This document shows, piece by piece, positions 15,466 through 30,815 of a stretch of 64,000 nt of DNA (its first letter is position 1; every line of letters begins with the position of its first letter). The position numbers and the translations under genes are program-made. Under the pieces are notes generated by a model. It had not been told where the DNA came from. It ran no database searches and was given only the letters and a program-made list of their open reading frames with translations. The stretch comes from Octopus vulgaris (taxonomy: Eukaryota), in contig OX597833.1 of NCBI GenBank assembly GCA_951406725.2, positions 67,890,001 to 67,954,000 on the forward strand, read 5' to 3'.

Positions 15466-16606
15466 TCTTTGATAACGTCCAGGTTTCTGAGTCATATAGT
15501 AGAATTGATTCGACTGTGGCTTTGAAGATTTCAAGTTTGAAGTCTCTGCGTAGATTAGATGACCAGATCTCATGATATTCATGTACATCTTTATAGGAAA
15601 ACGATCGTTTTAACCAGAAATAATTTTGAAATTTAGTACCTGAAGACTATAGACAAGCCTGCATAACTAATGGTAAGAGTTGTAATCACTTAAAATCATT
15701 AATCAGATATTCAGCGATGTTTATTCATAAGGGTCGCGATATTTCCAGATGTATTGATGTAGCATTTAATGAGATGGAAAGAGGGACGTTTTCATGGACG
15801 CTGAAACAAATGAAAGATATCGTCTCATGAATAATGGTTACCAAAGTTTCTATAGTTGAATTATTTCACTAGGGATTTTATTCCTATCTTATTGACGCAA
15901 CAGGCAAGTTCTTGACCTTTAGGGCCAAGTGGGATTTGACAACTTACTACGGTTGTCCAAGAATCAAAATAAATTATCAATCAAAATGTCATGCGTTGCT
16001 TTTACCCTTGTTGTCAAAACAGCTCCTCCACCACCACCACACAAATACATGTATGTAACTATAACTGCGTAGAAAATGCCTATTAACCATTTCAAAACAC
16101 ACTTAAATCACTTAAACTTTTATTTGGTGTCACTGACACGGTCGCATCGCATTCGGTTTCTGGTGAGATCTTTGATAGGCATATATAGATTCTAGGGTTA
16201 CGGTTTTTTTAATCTATATATTTTACTTTCTGTAATTGCTTTTGGTTTAAACAAACGTTTTCAGATCAAATCACATTCACTGCAAATACATCTCCGAAAT
16301 TTTAAATATATCTGTCTGTCTCTATCTTTATCTCTCTCTGTCTGTCTGTCTATCTCTGTCTGTCTGTCTACCTCTGTCTATCAAGCGATGGTGAGGGGGT
16401 ACAGACACACAAATATATACACACACATATATTCGACGCGATTCTTTCAGTTTCCGCCTACCAAATCCACTCACAATGCTTCGGACGGCCCGAGGCTATA
16501 GCAGAAGACACTTGCCCAAGGTGCCACGCAGTGAGACTGGTAAGCCTGATAAGCAAGCTACTTACCACACAGCTACTCCAGCGCCAATGCTGTATGTGTG
16601 CGTATG

Positions 16607-16645
<39 letters not shown>

Positions 16646-18929
16646 GTAATCCCCCAACAATCTCGGGTTTAACGTTGCAAATCCCCGCCCCTGCTATAGG
16701 AGAATATCCGCGAAGTAGAAACTCTGTGTGTGCGTGCGTGCGTGCGCTTTTATGTTGACTGGATATTGTGATATAGAGTAATATATTCATATTTTGAGAG
16801 CAAAGTACATAGTGTTTGTGTATGTATGCTGTATATATATATGTGTGTGCTGTGTATATATATATATATATGCATGAGTATGTGTATGTATATATATATA
16901 TATATACATGTTTTATACGTGTGTGCGTGCGTGTCCTTGCACGAATGTATGAATGAAGGACAGCGCCCGTGTTTGTATGAATTTGGAGCAATAAAAAACA
17001 AACCCAAAATATATATATAATCAGAATTCGTGAATTGGTGGTGGCGATGGAGGAATCTTATACAATGAGGTCTGCAGAACAATTAATGTATATTTATTTT
17101 TAACCGTTCTGGGATTTATAGTTCTTCGATTGAATTCTCATAAAAGTTCCTGTAACCTCTCAGCCTTAAGGCGTCAGTAATATAGCAAATAATAATAATA
17201 ATAACAACAATAATAATCTGTTGTATATGAATATATTTTTTGTGCACAGCAGCATGTTATATATATATATATATATATAATCCTTATTCATCGTGTTTGT
17301 GTGGTTATTTGTTCAATATTACTATCCATTTAGCTCTTCATAACATACTATAACATTGCATTCAGTCTTGCAACTAAGTCACATTATATGCATTGGCAGA
17401 ATCGGTAGAGCATCGGACGTGATACTTTGCGATATATGTGTTTCGGATACTTAGGTTGGCGGTTTCGATCCATCCGAAGTTCAATTATTGATTTCGTTCT
17501 TCAGAGGTCGACAAAATTTAATGCCAAGCTTTGGTATATTCTACTATTCTAATAGTCTGATGGTCATTGCTGTTGAGGCTTAATAGATCGAAACATGTCT
17601 GGAGTTGTCATCTCTCTACGAACAAAGCGTATTAAGCGTGTAAATTCCATTCGTTTTGTTTAGTTATTCAATTTTCAAAACTGATCTCATATTTTCAAAA
17701 TTACGGAAAATTAATCTGTTATTCTATGGTATTCTACAAACAAGGAATTTTCAATTATGAAATATTTGGCGTTGAATTCAATACAATACTCTATAATATA
17801 ATCCTATTGAAAGTAGCAGCAAATCTCGAAGCAAATAAACCATAAATCGTTCAGTGTAAATATTGGGTTAAACTCCACCCGTCTTTATTTTTTACGTGTG
17901 CCAGTCATTGGGCAGCAGCCTTCAAGAATTTTAGTCGACCGAATCGACTCCAGTAATTATTTGTTTGAAGACTTGGTAATTTTACCGGTGTCTTTTGCCG
18001 ACCTGTTTACGTCCGCTTCCTTAACCACTGGACCATTGCGCCTCCACATATTACGTGAATATTGTAGTACATATATAAAATGCATTACACTAGCACTCCT
18101 CAGTTCTTTGTCAATTGAAAACGCGCGGGCTTGACGGACGATGGAACGGGAATTGCATTGCAATGGATTCCCTGCTGAAAAAAAAAAAAAAAAACTTTTT
18201 TAATGTGGTCGTCCATCTTACGATAAGACAATATCTAACCATGATGACATTATCACGTATAACCTTTTTCTTCAAGATAAGAATTAGTTTTAAATTCCGT
18301 TCTGCTCGCTGCTGCTGTTTCTACGATGCTAAAACACCTAGAAGTAACCTTATTAGCTCCCAGATATATGTGTGTCTAAATACATACATACATATATATA
18401 TACATATATATATATATATGCCAAGTAGGAAAGCTTATGATAAATGTGTTGAAAGCATTTCCACGGAAGCTGGGCTAAATGCGTACGATAGCGCCATCTG
18501 GTTTATGTAATGGTCGTAGTTTGTATGAAATGACAGACAGGAAATCTATCTGGAAAACATACAAGTGAATCTTTTGAACTAGCGAATGCCAAGTTAAACG
18601 TACTTTAAAAGATCGACAAGAAGGCGGACAATAATAACAGGATGTATAATGGAAATGGGTGTATACGAATTGTATTGACGCTGGTAGAATAGAATGTTGT
18701 AATGTTATTGCTAAACTGTGCTTCAAGAACAAAGGTACACAAACAACGATATCAAAGATAAAAGACATTTCATATATATATATATATTTATATATAACAA
18801 TAAAATCATATCTCCTCTCATCCTTCCTATATATACACACTTACACACACACTCATATACGTATATATATATATATATATATAAAATCATATCTTCTCTC
18901 ATCCTTCCTCTCTCTCACTATATATATAT

Positions 18930-19073
18930 ACACTTACACAAGCACTCATATATGTACACACACACACACACACACACATATATGTATACACTTACACAAG
19001 CACTCATATATGTACACACACACACACACACACACACATATATGTATACACTTACACAAGCACTCATATATGT

Positions 19074-19110
<37 letters not shown>

Positions 19111-19128
19111 CGCTTACACAAACACTCA

Positions 19129-19171
<43 letters not shown>

Positions 19172-19230
19172 TTACACAAACACTCATATATGTACATATA
19201 TATACACTATTACACAAATACTCATATATG
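18930..19230. repeat. Minisatellite: cacttacacaagcactcatatatgta + (CA)n/(TA)n, about 6 units
   Basis: The unit is visibly repeated with ~60-bp period. Confidence 0.9.
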
Positions 19231-19234
19231 TATG

Positions 19235-19270
<36 letters not shown>

Positions 19271-20689
19271 GTTTATCGCTCTCCCTCATATATAGTCCAA
19301 TAATCTAGTACAAATAGTTTCATAGCTACTGATTAGACAATGATTGTAGGCTAGCGGAGGAGAGTTCCCATCCCAATATGATAAATGTATGTAAAATATA
19401 AGCTATTCAAGGCTTTTGATTTCCCCATTGCAAGAAGCTACAAGTCCTGACTGTTGAGTTATTTTACTTATGTAGGAAGTGCCTGGCTGACATTTTCTTA
19501 CTAGTCGAGCGACTGCACACTAGATAGATCATTGGTTAGATTATCTGTTAAATGTTATGCTTATATAATAACTGGTCATTTTTTAATTTCTACTTTAACA
19601 TTGCCAAGGAGACAGGAACGAGATCCTGTGGTGTATTCAATATCTTAACACCAATACCACCGTCGTGGTGCCAAAATACTTGACATCGTAATGGAAACGT
19701 ATTGATGACTTGCAGAGACACAGTATTTCGTTATGTAGCCATTATATACTACAACGCTTTATAAGTGAATACTGTGTTAGCAGTGCTATAAAATTAAAGC
19801 ACTGCTAACACAGAACACGGCATTGCCTTATAAAGCTCTTAATATACTTTGTAGTATATTTTGGTTGTATAATGTAATACAGTGTGTCTTCAAGTCATTA
19901 ATGAGTACAAACCTAGCTGCCAAGAATGTGTTTAATAAGTGAAATTTGTATAACGAATAATAAAGCGGTTCGGCAAAAGATGCAGATAGAACAGGTAAAA
20001 TGCTTAAAAAGATAAGTAATGTGTTCGATTCATTCGACCAAGAATTTTGGAATGCAGTGCTCCAGTATGGCTGTGGACTGATGACTGAAATAGATACAAG
20101 ATGAAACAAAAGTTCATTGGTAAGAGATAAAACTATAAATAACCAAGCATCGGTTTCAGCAAGAGGTTCAGCCCATGCTGGAGCACTACTGTTTGCTTCA
20201 ACTCTTTCTTCATTTCATGCCTATTTTAAAATTACTTCCCAGCAATGTTAGAGGAGTCGGACCTACCATTCTTTGCGCTTCTTGATACATATGAAAATAC
20301 CCTCAATACACAAAATCCCGGCGCCTCTATCTACATTGAGTATGATGCCATATACCACATAACCTCTTTGCATACAGTGACTTAAAGTATACATTACACC
20401 CACAAATTCCCACCCCTTTACAGTTAATTTAATAAAGCGTAGATTAGCTTGAACATTACTTTCGCTTGTATATATTCTACACATTTCGTTTCTCTTCAAT
20501 CTTTGAATACAAACTAAAATTCCAGGCGCTTTTAGATGAGAGAATGTTTCCTTCTTGAGTAACTATTGACGCTAATGGAATGGAAGAAAGGATAAAGTAC
20601 AAATAAAGTACAAGTGATATTCGTTTATAAGTGACTTTGCCATCACCTGAATTCGTACAAAACGAAAAATAAATGAAAATGCCCGGGAA

Positions 20690-21019
20690 GCTAATACATG
20701 TGTATATATATGCTTGTGTATATGCATGCTTGTACATTTACATATGTATATATGTGTGTGTGTGTGCGTGTGCATTTATATACAGGTGTATTGTGTGCAT
20801 GTATGTATGTACATACATCTGTATATGTATTTCTTGTTTTGTGTTTTTACTCCCTCTGTGCGTGCATATATATATATGCATATATATATATATATATATA
20901 TATATGCATATATATATATATATGCATATATATATATATATATATATATATGCATATATATATATATGCATATATATATATATATGCATATATATATATG
21001 TGCATATATATATATATGC

Positions 21020-21056
<37 letters not shown>

Positions 21057-21162
21057 TATATATATATGCGTATATATATATGCATATATATATGCATATA
21101 TATATATGCATATATATGTGCATATATATATATATATATGCATATATATATATGCATATATA

Positions 21163-21193
<31 letters not shown>

Positions 21194-21558
21194 GCATATA
21201 TATATATATGCATATATATATGTGCATATATATATATATATGCATATATATATATGTGCATATATATGTGCATATATATATATATGCATATATATATGTG
21301 CATATATATATATATATATATATGCATATATATATATATGTGTGTGTATATATATATGTGTGTGTGTATATATATATGTGTGTGTGTGTATATATATATG
21401 TGTGTGTGTGTATATATATATATGTGTGTGTGTATATATATATGTGTGTGTATATATGTGTGCATATATATATATACATATATATGTGCATATATGTGCA
21501 TATATATATATGTGCGCATATATATATGTGCATATATATATATGTGCATATATATATA

Positions 21559-21595
<37 letters not shown>
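20690..21595. repeat. Compound (TA)n/(TG)n/GCA-interrupted microsatellite
   Basis: Direct reading. Similar tracts lie at 1030-1490, 8250-8970, 22185-22645, 36590-37340 and 50270-51185. Confidence 0.95.
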
Positions 21596-21596
<1 letters not shown>

Positions 21597-22181
21597 CCCA
21601 CGCAATATTGTGTCATGCGATCCCTGCGGATATAAAATGTGCCATATCATCTGAAATTTAATTAAAGCAATGGAACAGAAAACAAGGCAAAAGATAAATA
21701 CACAGATTATACATAATGCAAATGTGTGTTTGAAAGAAGCCTAACTGTTTTCGATTTAGATATCCTCTTCTCTTCTATCATTGTAGCCTTACTCTCTAAA
21801 CCAATAAAGGAAGAGGTACATGGGTTGGTCGAACGTCGTGACAAGATAATACATATATATATATGTATATATATTTATATATATAAAGATTGTATGTCGT
21901 CAAGAAGAAAACGACTGAGAAAGAGAGGGCGTAGTGGTGTCAGAGGTTGCTAATGCGAAAAAAATATCACGGAAATGAAGAAGAAATATGGACGACAAAA
22001 AATAAGAGAAAAGTCTCTTGTTGACTTATATTGTAAAGTGGCCCAGTTAATATTGCTTTCGTTAGTGATCCATTGAAGAGAGGATGTATTTGTTATGTCT
22101 TTTCTGAGCTGGAATAGATTCTTTTGTATAGAGAATGGGTTGGTTCCTTTTTTTGTCCTTTTTTATGAAATATGTACGATG

Positions 22182-22225
<44 letters not shown>

Positions 22226-22582
22226 ACATATATGCATGTATCTATGTGTACATATATGCATGTATCTATATGTGTACGTATATGCATGTATCTATGTGTA
22301 TATATGCATGTATCTATGTGTGTATATATGCATGTATCTATGTGTATATATATGCATGTATATGTGTACATATATGCATGTACGTATATGTGTACATATA
22401 TGCATGTATGTATATATATATGTGTATATATATATACACATGCATATATATATACATGCATATATATATGATATATATATATATATATATACATGCATAT
22501 ATATATGCATCTATATATATATATATATATATATACACATGCATATATATATGCTATATATATATATATATATATATACACA

Positions 22583-22640
<58 letters not shown>

Positions 22641-23415
22641 TGTATATAACATAGTACAAAAGGGTTAATATTGCCTTGTAGGGAAATAACAGCTAGCGAG
22701 CGAGCAAGCGCTGCTGATGTTACTATCTATCATCGGAGTGTGACTGTTATTTTATATATGTTCTATAGATTGCAAATAGATCTACGTTAATCTAGGAAAG
22801 GAGGAGAACTTCACTTGACAGATTCAACTATAAAAAGATAGCAATAAATAACCTTGCCCCACCAAAAAAAAAGGGAAAAAAAAAGGGAAAACACAAACGA
22901 AATAAAAAATTTGTGTTGCGTGTTTTTTACGTATTTTACTTTTCTCCGTTTGGGTTTTTTTTTTGTTGTTTCTTTTATTTATTTGATTGTTTTCCCAACA
23001 TAACATTTGAATAATCTATCAGGTTTCATCTTATGAATGGAGAAAAAAAAATCAAGCTGGAGATGAGATGAAAAGAAAAGCAAAAATGAAACGTGTATAC
23101 ACACGCAGAAACGCACACGTACACACACATATATATGGGCTAAGTGTGAATAAAAAGAGTTCAGCTGGAACAGGGCTAGATAACCTTTTAATTCCACGAT
23201 TCCTTCTCCAACATTCAAACAATAACTCGGGTCAAATTGAAAGATGGAATCAAGGACTAGCTGTACAATATGTTCGAAGAAACATTAATACTGTAAAGAC
23301 TATAAATTCAGATGACGCATTCATGGCTAGAACTACTTGAACCGCGAGGCTGTTCCATTATGATTTCTGTTCTTGTTTTTTTTCTTGTTTGACAGAAACG
23401 ATAGAAGCTCGGACA

Positions 23416-23790
23416 GTGGAGGCACAATGGCCCAGTGGTTAGGGCAGCGGACTCGCGGTTTCGATTCCCTAGACCGGGCGTTGTGAGTGTTTATTGATCG
23501 AAAACACCTAAAAGCTCCACGAGGCTCCGGCATGGATGGTGGTGATCCCTGCTGTACTCTTTCACCACAACGTTCTCTCACTCTTTCTTCCTGTTTCTGT
23601 TGTACCTGTATTTCAAAGGGCCGGCCTTGTCACTCTCTGTGTCACGCTGAATATCCCCGAGAACTACGTTAAGGGTACACGTGTCTGTGGAGTGCTCAGT
23701 CACTTACACGTTAATTTCACGAGCAGGCTGTTCCGTTGATTCGGATCAACCGGAACCCTCGTCGCCGTAACCGACGGAATGCTTCCACAC
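23416..23790 (+). mobile_element. tRNA-derived SINE (family C) with 13-bp TSD
   Basis: Box A TGGCCCAGTGG and box B GTTTCGATTCC. The direct repeat AGAAGCTCGGACA lies at 23403-23415 and 23791-23803. Confidence 0.9.
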
Positions 23791-24399
23791 AGAAGCTCGG
23801 ACAAAAATAGACTTGGTTCTACGAGTATTAGGAATTAACGCGAACTCTAAAAGCAAATGGTGAATTTAATCCACGCCAAATAAATACGTACGTACGCACG
23901 CATACAGACATATATACAGATGCGTGTATATATATATGCGTTGTTTATAAGAAACCGCAAGACCGTAAGCAGGCGGGGCATGTTGCTAGTCAAGAGGTCG
24001 CAAATGGCAACGAAGCGATTTTGACTAACGATTGACTAGTTAACAGAAAGGTTAAGCAATGAATCAGTTAGCTATTTGGTTAAATGTTTAATTAAGTGTC
24101 TTGCTCCAAATTACAACAATCTGAACCGTGTGATGCCAGACGCGCTCTCACATACCTATATAACGTCCATATATCCCATGCATTACGTCCTATGTATAAC
24201 GTCCATAAATCCCATGGGATTGTATACATACAATCCCATGTATAAAATAATAATGCAATCGTTGTATACAATGCTCAGGTGCATTACAACAAAGTTTTAA
24301 CTCCAAGAGGACGCCTGCTCTGGCTGGTTAACGATGCATCCGACATATGTTGCAGGCAGGGGAGTGAATCTCTACCATTTCCTAGCTAGCTGACATGAT

Positions 24400-24446
24400 C
24401 ACCAGACCAGGCCGGTTTCGAGCTATTTTTCCCATCTTCAGTGGTG
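24400..24446 (-). ncRNA. Type I hammerhead ribozyme motif (Penelope-like, extra U after A9)
   Basis: cacca-CUGAAGA-u-ggg-aaaaauag-cuc-GAAA-ccg-gcc-ugg-UC-uggug. Stem I 5 bp, stem II 3 bp, stem III 4 bp, GUC cleavage triplet. Confidence 0.75.
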
Positions 24447-25010
24447 GACACCTGCCTGCTAGAGTTACACAATCTCTGAGGATTAACAGCAATACAGCTT
24501 ATGCTATGCAATGACAGTTTGTCGATGCCAAACATAGACACACACGTACACATGCGTACATGGAAGCGTTGAAATATTCCAGTCTGTGATATGTAAAATA
24601 ATGCTTTCTCTCTCTCTCCCTCCTCTCTCTCTCTCTCTCTCTTTCTCTTTCACACACACATATCACAGAGGGTGGTGGAAATAATCTATATGTATTAGAA
24701 ATCTCTTGCTGAAACTAATATTAAAAATATATTAAAGTCATATTAATATGGAAACGGTAAAAAAAAATGGGGAAAAAATATATTTAGCACTAGAATTTTA
24801 GTTCCAATTTCAATAACGAATATATTCGTCTGATTTTTATCTATGAAGATATGTGAATGATATCGATTTCAAATTTTGAGTAAAATACAAAAAAAAAAAT
24901 ATATATAAATAAAAATTTGAATTAAATCTGAAATATGAATTAGCAAACACATTTATCAATATACAGAGACATGTCTACGTACATACACACACTCACTTTG
25001 CTGTTTTATT

Positions 25011-25061
<51 letters not shown>

Positions 25062-25917
25062 TGATTGTTGCTTCACTCATTGAACTGCGACCAAGCTGGA
25101 GCATCGCCTTAAAGTGTTTAGTCGAATAAAGCAACACCTGTAATTTAACTTTTTAACTATGAAAACTTACTTTCTCGATCCGTTAGTTAGCGAAGTCAAG
25201 ACCAAGCCGTTAGGTTTTAAGTCGTACTTGGGTTAAACACTACACAAAACACACAGCACCTCCATATATATATCTATAGTAAATTGATCTGCGTAAAAAG
25301 GCCAACTAGAAGTGCACACCATCTAATTAGTCCAATATTAATGCATTCGTTTCACTCCACATGTATTACACGCGCTATTAAGAGAACAAATGTGTTTCTC
25401 GGGCACTGTTTATTATAAGAAACCAAAAAGTTTAAAGTGAAGTGAAGTGAAGCACCATGTCGTGTATGTGTGTGTGTATATATATACACACACCATGACA
25501 TGGTTTTCCAGCTTCGATTCCACCTGCCAGTTTTTAGTCGACCCCACCACGACAGGTTATATAGAAGACGGACGCTCCAGATACTGCGCAGTGGAACTGC
25601 CCTACAGTTGAGGAGCAAATTTATTTCTCACACAAAAATGTGTGTGTGTGTGTGAGGGAGAAAGAGAGAGTTTGTGTAGTGAATATAAATCTACCAATAC
25701 CTCATTCTTAAGCGGCAAAAGTTATTAGATGCTCCAAGCGGCAAGAGCTTCGCGTGTGAGACGAAGTGACTCAAGTATTACGTAGTAACTTTGTAGCTGC
25801 GGCCGATTAAATGTTAAACATATATATTGCTCTATTCAATTTTATTCATCCTTTTTCTTCTTCCCCCTCACCTTTCCCACTCTGTATATATTTATTCATT
25901 CATCTCTCTCTTTTTAT

Positions 25918-25961
<44 letters not shown>

Positions 25962-27091
25962 CTCGATAGATAGACAGATGTATATGTAGACTAATAGGTG
26001 TACGTGCATGCATAGATATACTTAAATTTGTATGCGTTATACGTGACAGAAAGAACACAACAAAGCCGCCATGATATATATATCAGACTCCCTAAAATAA
26101 TCCTGACCTATTATATTATTAATATGCGGCGAGAGATGTTCCTGGTGAACACTTTGACAACTTGACCTATAATATCACAGCTGACATTAATAACATAATT
26201 ATTATTTGCATGGCAGGAAATCAGCCATTTTGGTTTTCAAAATTTATTTTCCGTTTTTTTCTGAACTTATTATAATACTTTTTTTTCTTTATTATTAACA
26301 AAGTACTTCCTGTATCTGATCTAAACTACACGACTGTGATTTATTTTCTTTCTGCTGTGCATTTAGAAAGAATAAAAAATAGCCTCTAGATGAAATAGCA
26401 ATTTTGTATTGAAGGGTCTTCAAGAAATAGTATAGTTTGATTTGTATTATAAGCACACGAATCGCCTTAAAACTTACATTAGTTGTAGTTCCGGAGACCC
26501 TCACCCAAGATATTGATTATTTTGTACGTAAATCTCTAGAACTACTATGCATAAAACAATTTGTGTTAGTCATGATTGGAGGGTCTTTCATTGCAGGTCT
26601 ACTCCCTCAGGGCTCCACCAATACTATGCCACGCAATGTCAAAACAACTAATTCTTTTATTTTTGTAGCACGTTATTCGTTTTCAATTCAAATTATGATA
26701 TGGCCTTACATATCATGAAATTCGATAAACTAATCATCAATCAGTAATGAATGATCATTTAATTTGCGAATTAACACAGTCATTAGAGAGTCAGATGTAA
26801 CGCCACATAGTGTTTCTTCAGACGTAGGGCTATCTTAGTTCAAATCCCATTAAAATCCACTTCCCGGTCCAACCTTTCGGGCGCAGATCAACTATCGACT
26901 GACACGCCATCGGCTAAAACTACGCGTGTTCCAATTTATCCGATCAACGGAAATGCCAGCTCGTGAAGTTAACCTCCAAATCTGTTAATCGGTTATACTC
27001 TCCATTGCATGCATATCATTTTCCGATATATCTCATCGTTATGTATTTTATGAATGTCTTGCTTGGTTTTTCACTACTATTTTATTATGGA

Positions 27092-27489
27092 CTAGCAGTA
27101 TCGCCCGGCGTGACTCGGGTTTGTAAGGGAAATAACTATATAAGCATTTTTAGAGATGTAAAGTATAATAGCCATCTCAATATGGCTAACCACAAAGGGG
27201 GGGGGGGTGTTACTGTAGGTTTTTACGTTCTGAGATTTAATAATACATTTTTAGAGTTACTTCCCTTATTTAATAGCAAAAAAAAAATGCATTAAAAATG
27301 GGAAAAATTGATGGTAATTTTTTTTAATCGTAGACTCATCGTAGACGCGCGCTAATACCCAGAAGGGCTCTATATGAATCACAACTATAAGATACCCGCT
27401 TTTGGTTACACTGCACCGCAAAATGTGGGAGGAGTTAGGAATCTATATCATAGGAGACAGACACACAACTTCACTTTTAGGTATAAAGA
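27092..27489 (-). mobile_element. Non-autonomous Helitron, same termini as 9964-10357 but different interior
   Basis: A|TCTTTATAC...CCCGAGTCACGCCGGGCGATACTGCTAG|T. The 18-mer actagcagtatcgcccgg is identical in both copies, and both have acaacttca near the 5' end. A related internal fragment lies at ~46095-46142. Confidence 0.78.
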
Positions 27490-29264
27490 TGTTTGGCTTC
27501 ATAATACTAAAGATTAAGCAGATCCGTGGATCAAACCTGTTTTAGTGGTGACCTGTTTCTGTTAGTTTATTCCAGCATCGGTTTGTCGTAGCAAACGAGT
27601 TTTGGTAATTTCAATGATGAGGAATTTTCTTGGGGATGTAGATGGAAACTCCCCTCTGTTGAATGACCGCTAAGAAGTTTTCACGTTAAACTGCCGTTGA
27701 TAATATCTATGTATAAGTCAAGACAACGAAGGAGATTTAATGAGAAGCCCGCATCCTAAAATTTATCGCTGAATTCGATATTCTTGCCAATTTCTCTTGG
27801 TCAAAGAAAACCAAAATATGCCTGTAAGGCAATTATGTTGATGTTTAGCCTCAGAGTAGGAATGGTCTTGCAGATATTTGATCAAAGTTATTCAAGCAAT
27901 CGACCTCGTTCCTATGTTTTGAATGCTGCTCATCAAGGAATATGTAATCAGTTGATTATACCCCTCAAGATTTTTAATATTGTAGATTGAGATTTGCAGT
28001 GTTTGTAGTTACCATTTACAGCGGGTAGATCCACAACGGTGAGACTATATCATTAACAGGAAATAAATAGCAGGCATGCGTAACGGAAGATTGTATTTAT
28101 TACAAGTCATTGTGATAATATGACAAATGTTACTAATTCTAATGTTTGTCGCAATGCCTAAAGACAATCACGTGTACGCACATGAATATACCCACATAAA
28201 TAAGCTTTGAGACATTTGGTTGCTGCCGCTGGCGTCGCTGATTCGACGCCGATTTCTTGACATAAAACGTTTTAATGCCCTTCCTCCTCCTCCTCCTCCT
28301 CCGTGAGTGTTTGCGCGAGCATATATTTCTCTTTATCTGTAATGAATGATTAGTTCAGTCGTATTCAATAAAGAAATTGCAGTGTGTCTTTCTCTGTATT
28401 TCTTTGTGCGTGTTTTTCTACTTGTTTGCACGCGTGATTGTGTTTTCCTCCAGTGCCAAAAAGTACTGTAGCCAAAGCAATCCGACTGACCAGGCAGGCA
28501 TGTCAAACCATCAGACCCACCCCCAAACTACCCACGCCTAATCGCCTCAGTCAGTACTTACAGGCAAATCCATATAGATACACGCATGGTGACGCAAGAT
28601 GTGAATGAAAATTATATAAGAGTTTGTATTTTAAAACCGAGAAGTATTTTAAGACCAGGCGCCATTTTTCTTTACAGTTAATTCTTGCATCCTATTAATT
28701 CTAAGTCCTATAAAAGCGGATTTTCTCCCATAGTATTTGATTATTCAATCTTACAATCTTGCCAAATGGAATCTATCGCCAAAAAAAATAATTATTACAG
28801 TAATGCTTGAAAATAACTTTTCTAATTTTAAATAGTGTTTCCAAAATAATGTTCGTAAAATCTCACTGAGAGTTTGTTTACCTTTGATGTTTCTTTGTGC
28901 CGGTAAAATAAATACAATTTCACCATTAAGAAGAAAAAATATCGTTCGCCTATTTCAACATTTCCCACCACAAAAATGTGCGACCTTGAATCTTTAGCAG
29001 AAATCAATAGTCTTTGAAAAATTCTTGTTCTATATACAGTTTGCCCTGCTTCTTTCAATAAAAGTCGTACTTATCAAGGGTATTTTGATAAATCTGAAGA
29101 CACTTAGTACCTAATTAGCAGATAATTACTAATTAATGAGGAATAGTATTTTTTTCCTACTTCATTAATGGTGTTTTTCCGTTTTTTCTCTGATGATTAA
29201 TTAGCGACTTATCCGTTTTATTGATAATGATGACACTACTACTACTACTACGTTCAGTTTTTGA

Positions 29265-30005
29265 CACAAGGCCAGTAATTTCGAGGGGGTGGGGTGGGGT
29301 AAGTCGATTATATCGGTCTCACTGCTTAACTGATACGTATCTTATGGACACCCGAAATGATGAAAGGCAAAGACGACCTCGGCTCAAATATGGACGAAAA
29401 ATCGGAAAGCATTTTGTCCGGCGTGCTAACGATTAACATTTCTTTATTGCCCACAAGGGGCTAAACATAGAGGGCACAAACAAGGACAGACAAAGGGATT
29501 AAGTCGATGACATCGATCCCAGTGCGTAAGTGCTACTTAATTTATCGACGCCGAAAGGATGAAAGGCAAAGTCGACCTCGGCGGAATTTGAACTCAGACC
29601 GTAGCGGCAAACGAAATACCTATTACTTTACTGCTCACAGGGGGCTAAACAGAGGGGACAAACAAGGACAGACAAACGGATTAAGTCGATTATATCGACC
29701 CCAGTGCTTAACTGGTACTTATTTAATCGACCCCGAAAGATTGAAAGGTAAAGTCGACCTCGGCGGAATTTGAACTCAGAACGTAGCGGCAGACGAAATA
29801 CCGCTAAGCATTTCGCCTGACGTGCTAACGATTCTGCCAGCGCGCTGCAATAATAATAATAATAATAATATTTTCTACTATAGGTACAAAGCCTTAAATG
29901 TAAGGGTGGGGGATAGTCGATTACATCGACCCACCAGTATGCAACTGGTACCTATTTTATCGATCGCCGGAGTATGAATGGCAAAGTCGACCTCGGCGGA
30001 ATTTT
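29265..30005 (-). mobile_element. Cluster of four head-to-tail family A SINE units
   Basis: Units at ~29265-29432, 29439-29620, 29621-29848 and 29872-30004, all containing gaaaggcaaagtcgacctcggcggaattt-like cores. Related copies with an alternative tail lie at ~5210-5333, 6500-6680, 45100-45265, 45313-45480, 49495-49700 and 17390-17520. Confidence 0.85.
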
Positions 30006-30399
30006 AACACATCCTTTATACTATATCTGTTTCAGCCATTAGACTCCGGTCACGCTGGAGCACTGAATGAATGAAAGAGTTCTTAGTTGAATGAATCGAA
30101 AACAGTGCTCGTATTTTTAAAGTGTGGTATCTATTTTATCGGTTTCTTTTTTTGCTGGGTACCTAAGTTACGATAACGTAAACACACCAGTACCGGTTGT
30201 CAATCGGTGGTGGGGAACAAACTCTCTCTCACACGCACACGCACAAGTGCGCGCGTGGCGGTCTTTATTTTCGTCTACCAAATCCACTCTCAGACACTTC
30301 CCTAATGTACCACGCTATGGGAATAAATGTAGAACCACGGGGCTGGGAAGCAAACTTCTTATCACACAGACACACCTGCGCGCATTTGGGGCATCAATT

Positions 30400-30815
<416 letters not shown>

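Noticed and set aside
20673-21661. Long Y/I/C/M/H-rich ORFs (also near 1 kb, 22 kb, 36-37 kb and 50-51 kb)
   Set aside because: Translations of (TA)/(TG)/(CA) microsatellites, open in most frames on both strands.
23418-23475. tRNA gene candidates (also 51780-51849 and 63775-63860)
   Set aside because: Box A/B are present but there is no complete cloverleaf; the sequences continue into SINE bodies, two with TSDs.
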